Shown here in pieces: positions 63,801-64,000 of a stretch of 64,000 nucleotides of DNA (position 1 is its first letter; every line of letters begins with the position of its first letter). The notes below the pieces were generated by a model. It was not told the origin of the DNA. It saw only the letters and a program-made list of their open reading frames with translations, and did no database searches. This DNA is from an uncultured Cytophagia bacterium (GTDB lineage Bacteria; Zhuqueibacterota; Zhuqueibacteria; Residuimicrobiales; Residuimicrobiaceae). The translations under genes and the position numbers were made by a program. The DNA lies in the NCBI GenBank assembly GCA_964436305.1, contig CAYTCI010000005.1, forward strand, positions 14,629 through 78,628. Direction: 5' to 3'.

Positions 63801-64000
63801 CAAGCCGTCGCGCACCGCATTGATTTCGTGCAGCGAGCGATAGGCCGTTGAATCATTCAAGAGGATCCGCACGATGGTATTGCCGCCGAAACGCAACCGC
63901 ACCGGCTGTTCGCGGTCGCTGTTGATGGTGGCCCAGCTGTAGACGATCCGCGCGTACCAGACCTTCTCCGTCGTCGTCAGGATCTTCCAGCCGTACCAGG
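60879..64000 (-). CDS. GH38-like alpha-mannosidase with long N-terminal extension (5' end beyond the window)
   Basis: GH38 metal motif YFMPMTHMDIGYTNPQ about 190 aa into the listed ORF. The frame stays open upstream of the track's GVG-type start at 63902 (GTG) to the window edge (...WYGWKILTTTEKVWYARIVYSWATINSDREQP), so the gene is probably truncated by the window. Confidence 0.8.
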   Translation of the reverse strand, partial: WYGWKILTTTEKVWYARIVYSWATINSDREQPVRLRFGGNTIVRILLNDSTAYRSLHEINAVRDGLSAEVTLRKGLNRLLVVTATSYRNIAAAFFEPIRFDWGFYCRITSPADGVLPGVTLQAELERISADFSLTPTFFYRQKDGRLRQKYLLEIRAGLTGMPEARLSLPALKETIRLGNVAAGITSHAIWLPERTGPLQTTARLQWREAALERSVELKPLPHFELYFMPMTHMDIGYTNPQPVVVERQLQTLDQAIAKCTADPDFCWTIETLWQLENYRLARTPAAFDKLIALIKAGRIAVSPIYTNPYTGWVSEAEMAAAFRLAEIYHQRYGLDYFTAVYNDVPGQSWALPQYLRQAGVRVLVDGINELFSDYKYQKHLPKVFRWAGASRDTVLLYLTEAYVEGARYGLERDTTAVANRIWHRVNNLLQRGYPWNKILISAAFSDNSGIALNQYEQAREWNRHYAWPRFVIATLNDFGRAVAAQDQRSLRTVRGDWTSDWDILYQGETRRMIEYREVQNQLPGVEMLATLASALYPETISGAEEINAIYTDLLNFSGHGSGLEYGLGSREENLYTDAVRAEAVHGAWMRTRALRERLLYRLTAPKESFDSHGVMVYNTLGWSRSVPVEIAFPESDRSRYGVVDLASGKPLPVHQNGAQLCFIAPEVPGVGRRQFELVPAPGEEPSARPDSTATIENATYRVSRSEQGWLILDKRNGALLLDPAALLPSLVPLRKRFQLGESFAPLDLRRGALQVERNPVYEEITSSWADPLFRSLRLRLWHDLDRIDVAVELDLSGQKAVEHTEEYGLAFAFNAPGGTIRCETLGGWTGLADRFAGAGHTSFSIRRATEIESASSRFMLASPDCRVFALDTLRGSTTLIANLLNTFPESWNRNEEKQGLVTWRFSLARADSAIADAGAFGWEAACAPLVRRSYYTRSEPLQTFLTLSNPRLQLISLRPAGEPGRYELLIRNSDPGGRQEATLHSELLFAGARVRHLDLLGRPQGSHPVSGGSLTLSLGANEFVRLCIERGEPSRSTR

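Overview
A visibly GC-rich bacterial chromosomal segment (GC not computed), almost entirely coding. I support about 45 protein genes and found no rRNA, tRNA, CRISPR array, transposase or integrase. All calls come from reading the ORF translations and DNA by eye; family names rest on remembered signature motifs, not searches.

Content is dominated by polysaccharide capture and breakdown:
- A GH3 beta-glucosidase.
- A LacI-family regulator with a perfect 18-bp palindromic operator under a sigma70-like promoter.
- A surface-glycan cluster: a triplicated CBM-like T9SS protein, a TonB-dependent receptor, a 1054-aa protein with a divergent C-terminal sorting domain (CTD), and a PorV/PorQ-like porin.
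- A long plus-strand operon: a six-hairpin lipoprotein, a sugar ABC binding protein with two permeases and no ATPase, an unknown lipoprotein, an 1176-aa DNRLRE-domain T9SS protein, a parvulin-like chaperone and GH130.
- Two clan GH-A/GH5 enzymes, two GH38 alpha-mannosidases, a PL1 pectate lyase, two esterases, a GH109-like Tat-exported oxidoreductase, and a ROK kinase with a long-form mannose-6-phosphate isomerase.

Six proteins end in type IX secretion (T9SS) C-terminal sorting domains. This points to an FCB-superphylum organism, but the promoters I can read are TTGACA-17-TAnnnT rather than Bacteroidetes-type.

Most interesting items:
1. The TonB receptor / divergent-CTD giant protein / PorV-paralog cassette with no SusD, a candidate undescribed T9SS-coupled glycan uptake module.
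2. An M28 peptidase with a roughly 300-aa beta-propeller inserted where a PA domain normally sits.
3. The 3 x 1.05 kb near-identical intragenic repeat.
4. Two unassignable proteins embedded in a mannoside catabolic operon.
5. The 1176-aa DNRLRE protein with an unrecognisable core.
6. A 27-29 bp x4 tandem repeat with a dispersed copy.

The many long antisense ORFs in the track are GC-bias artefacts.
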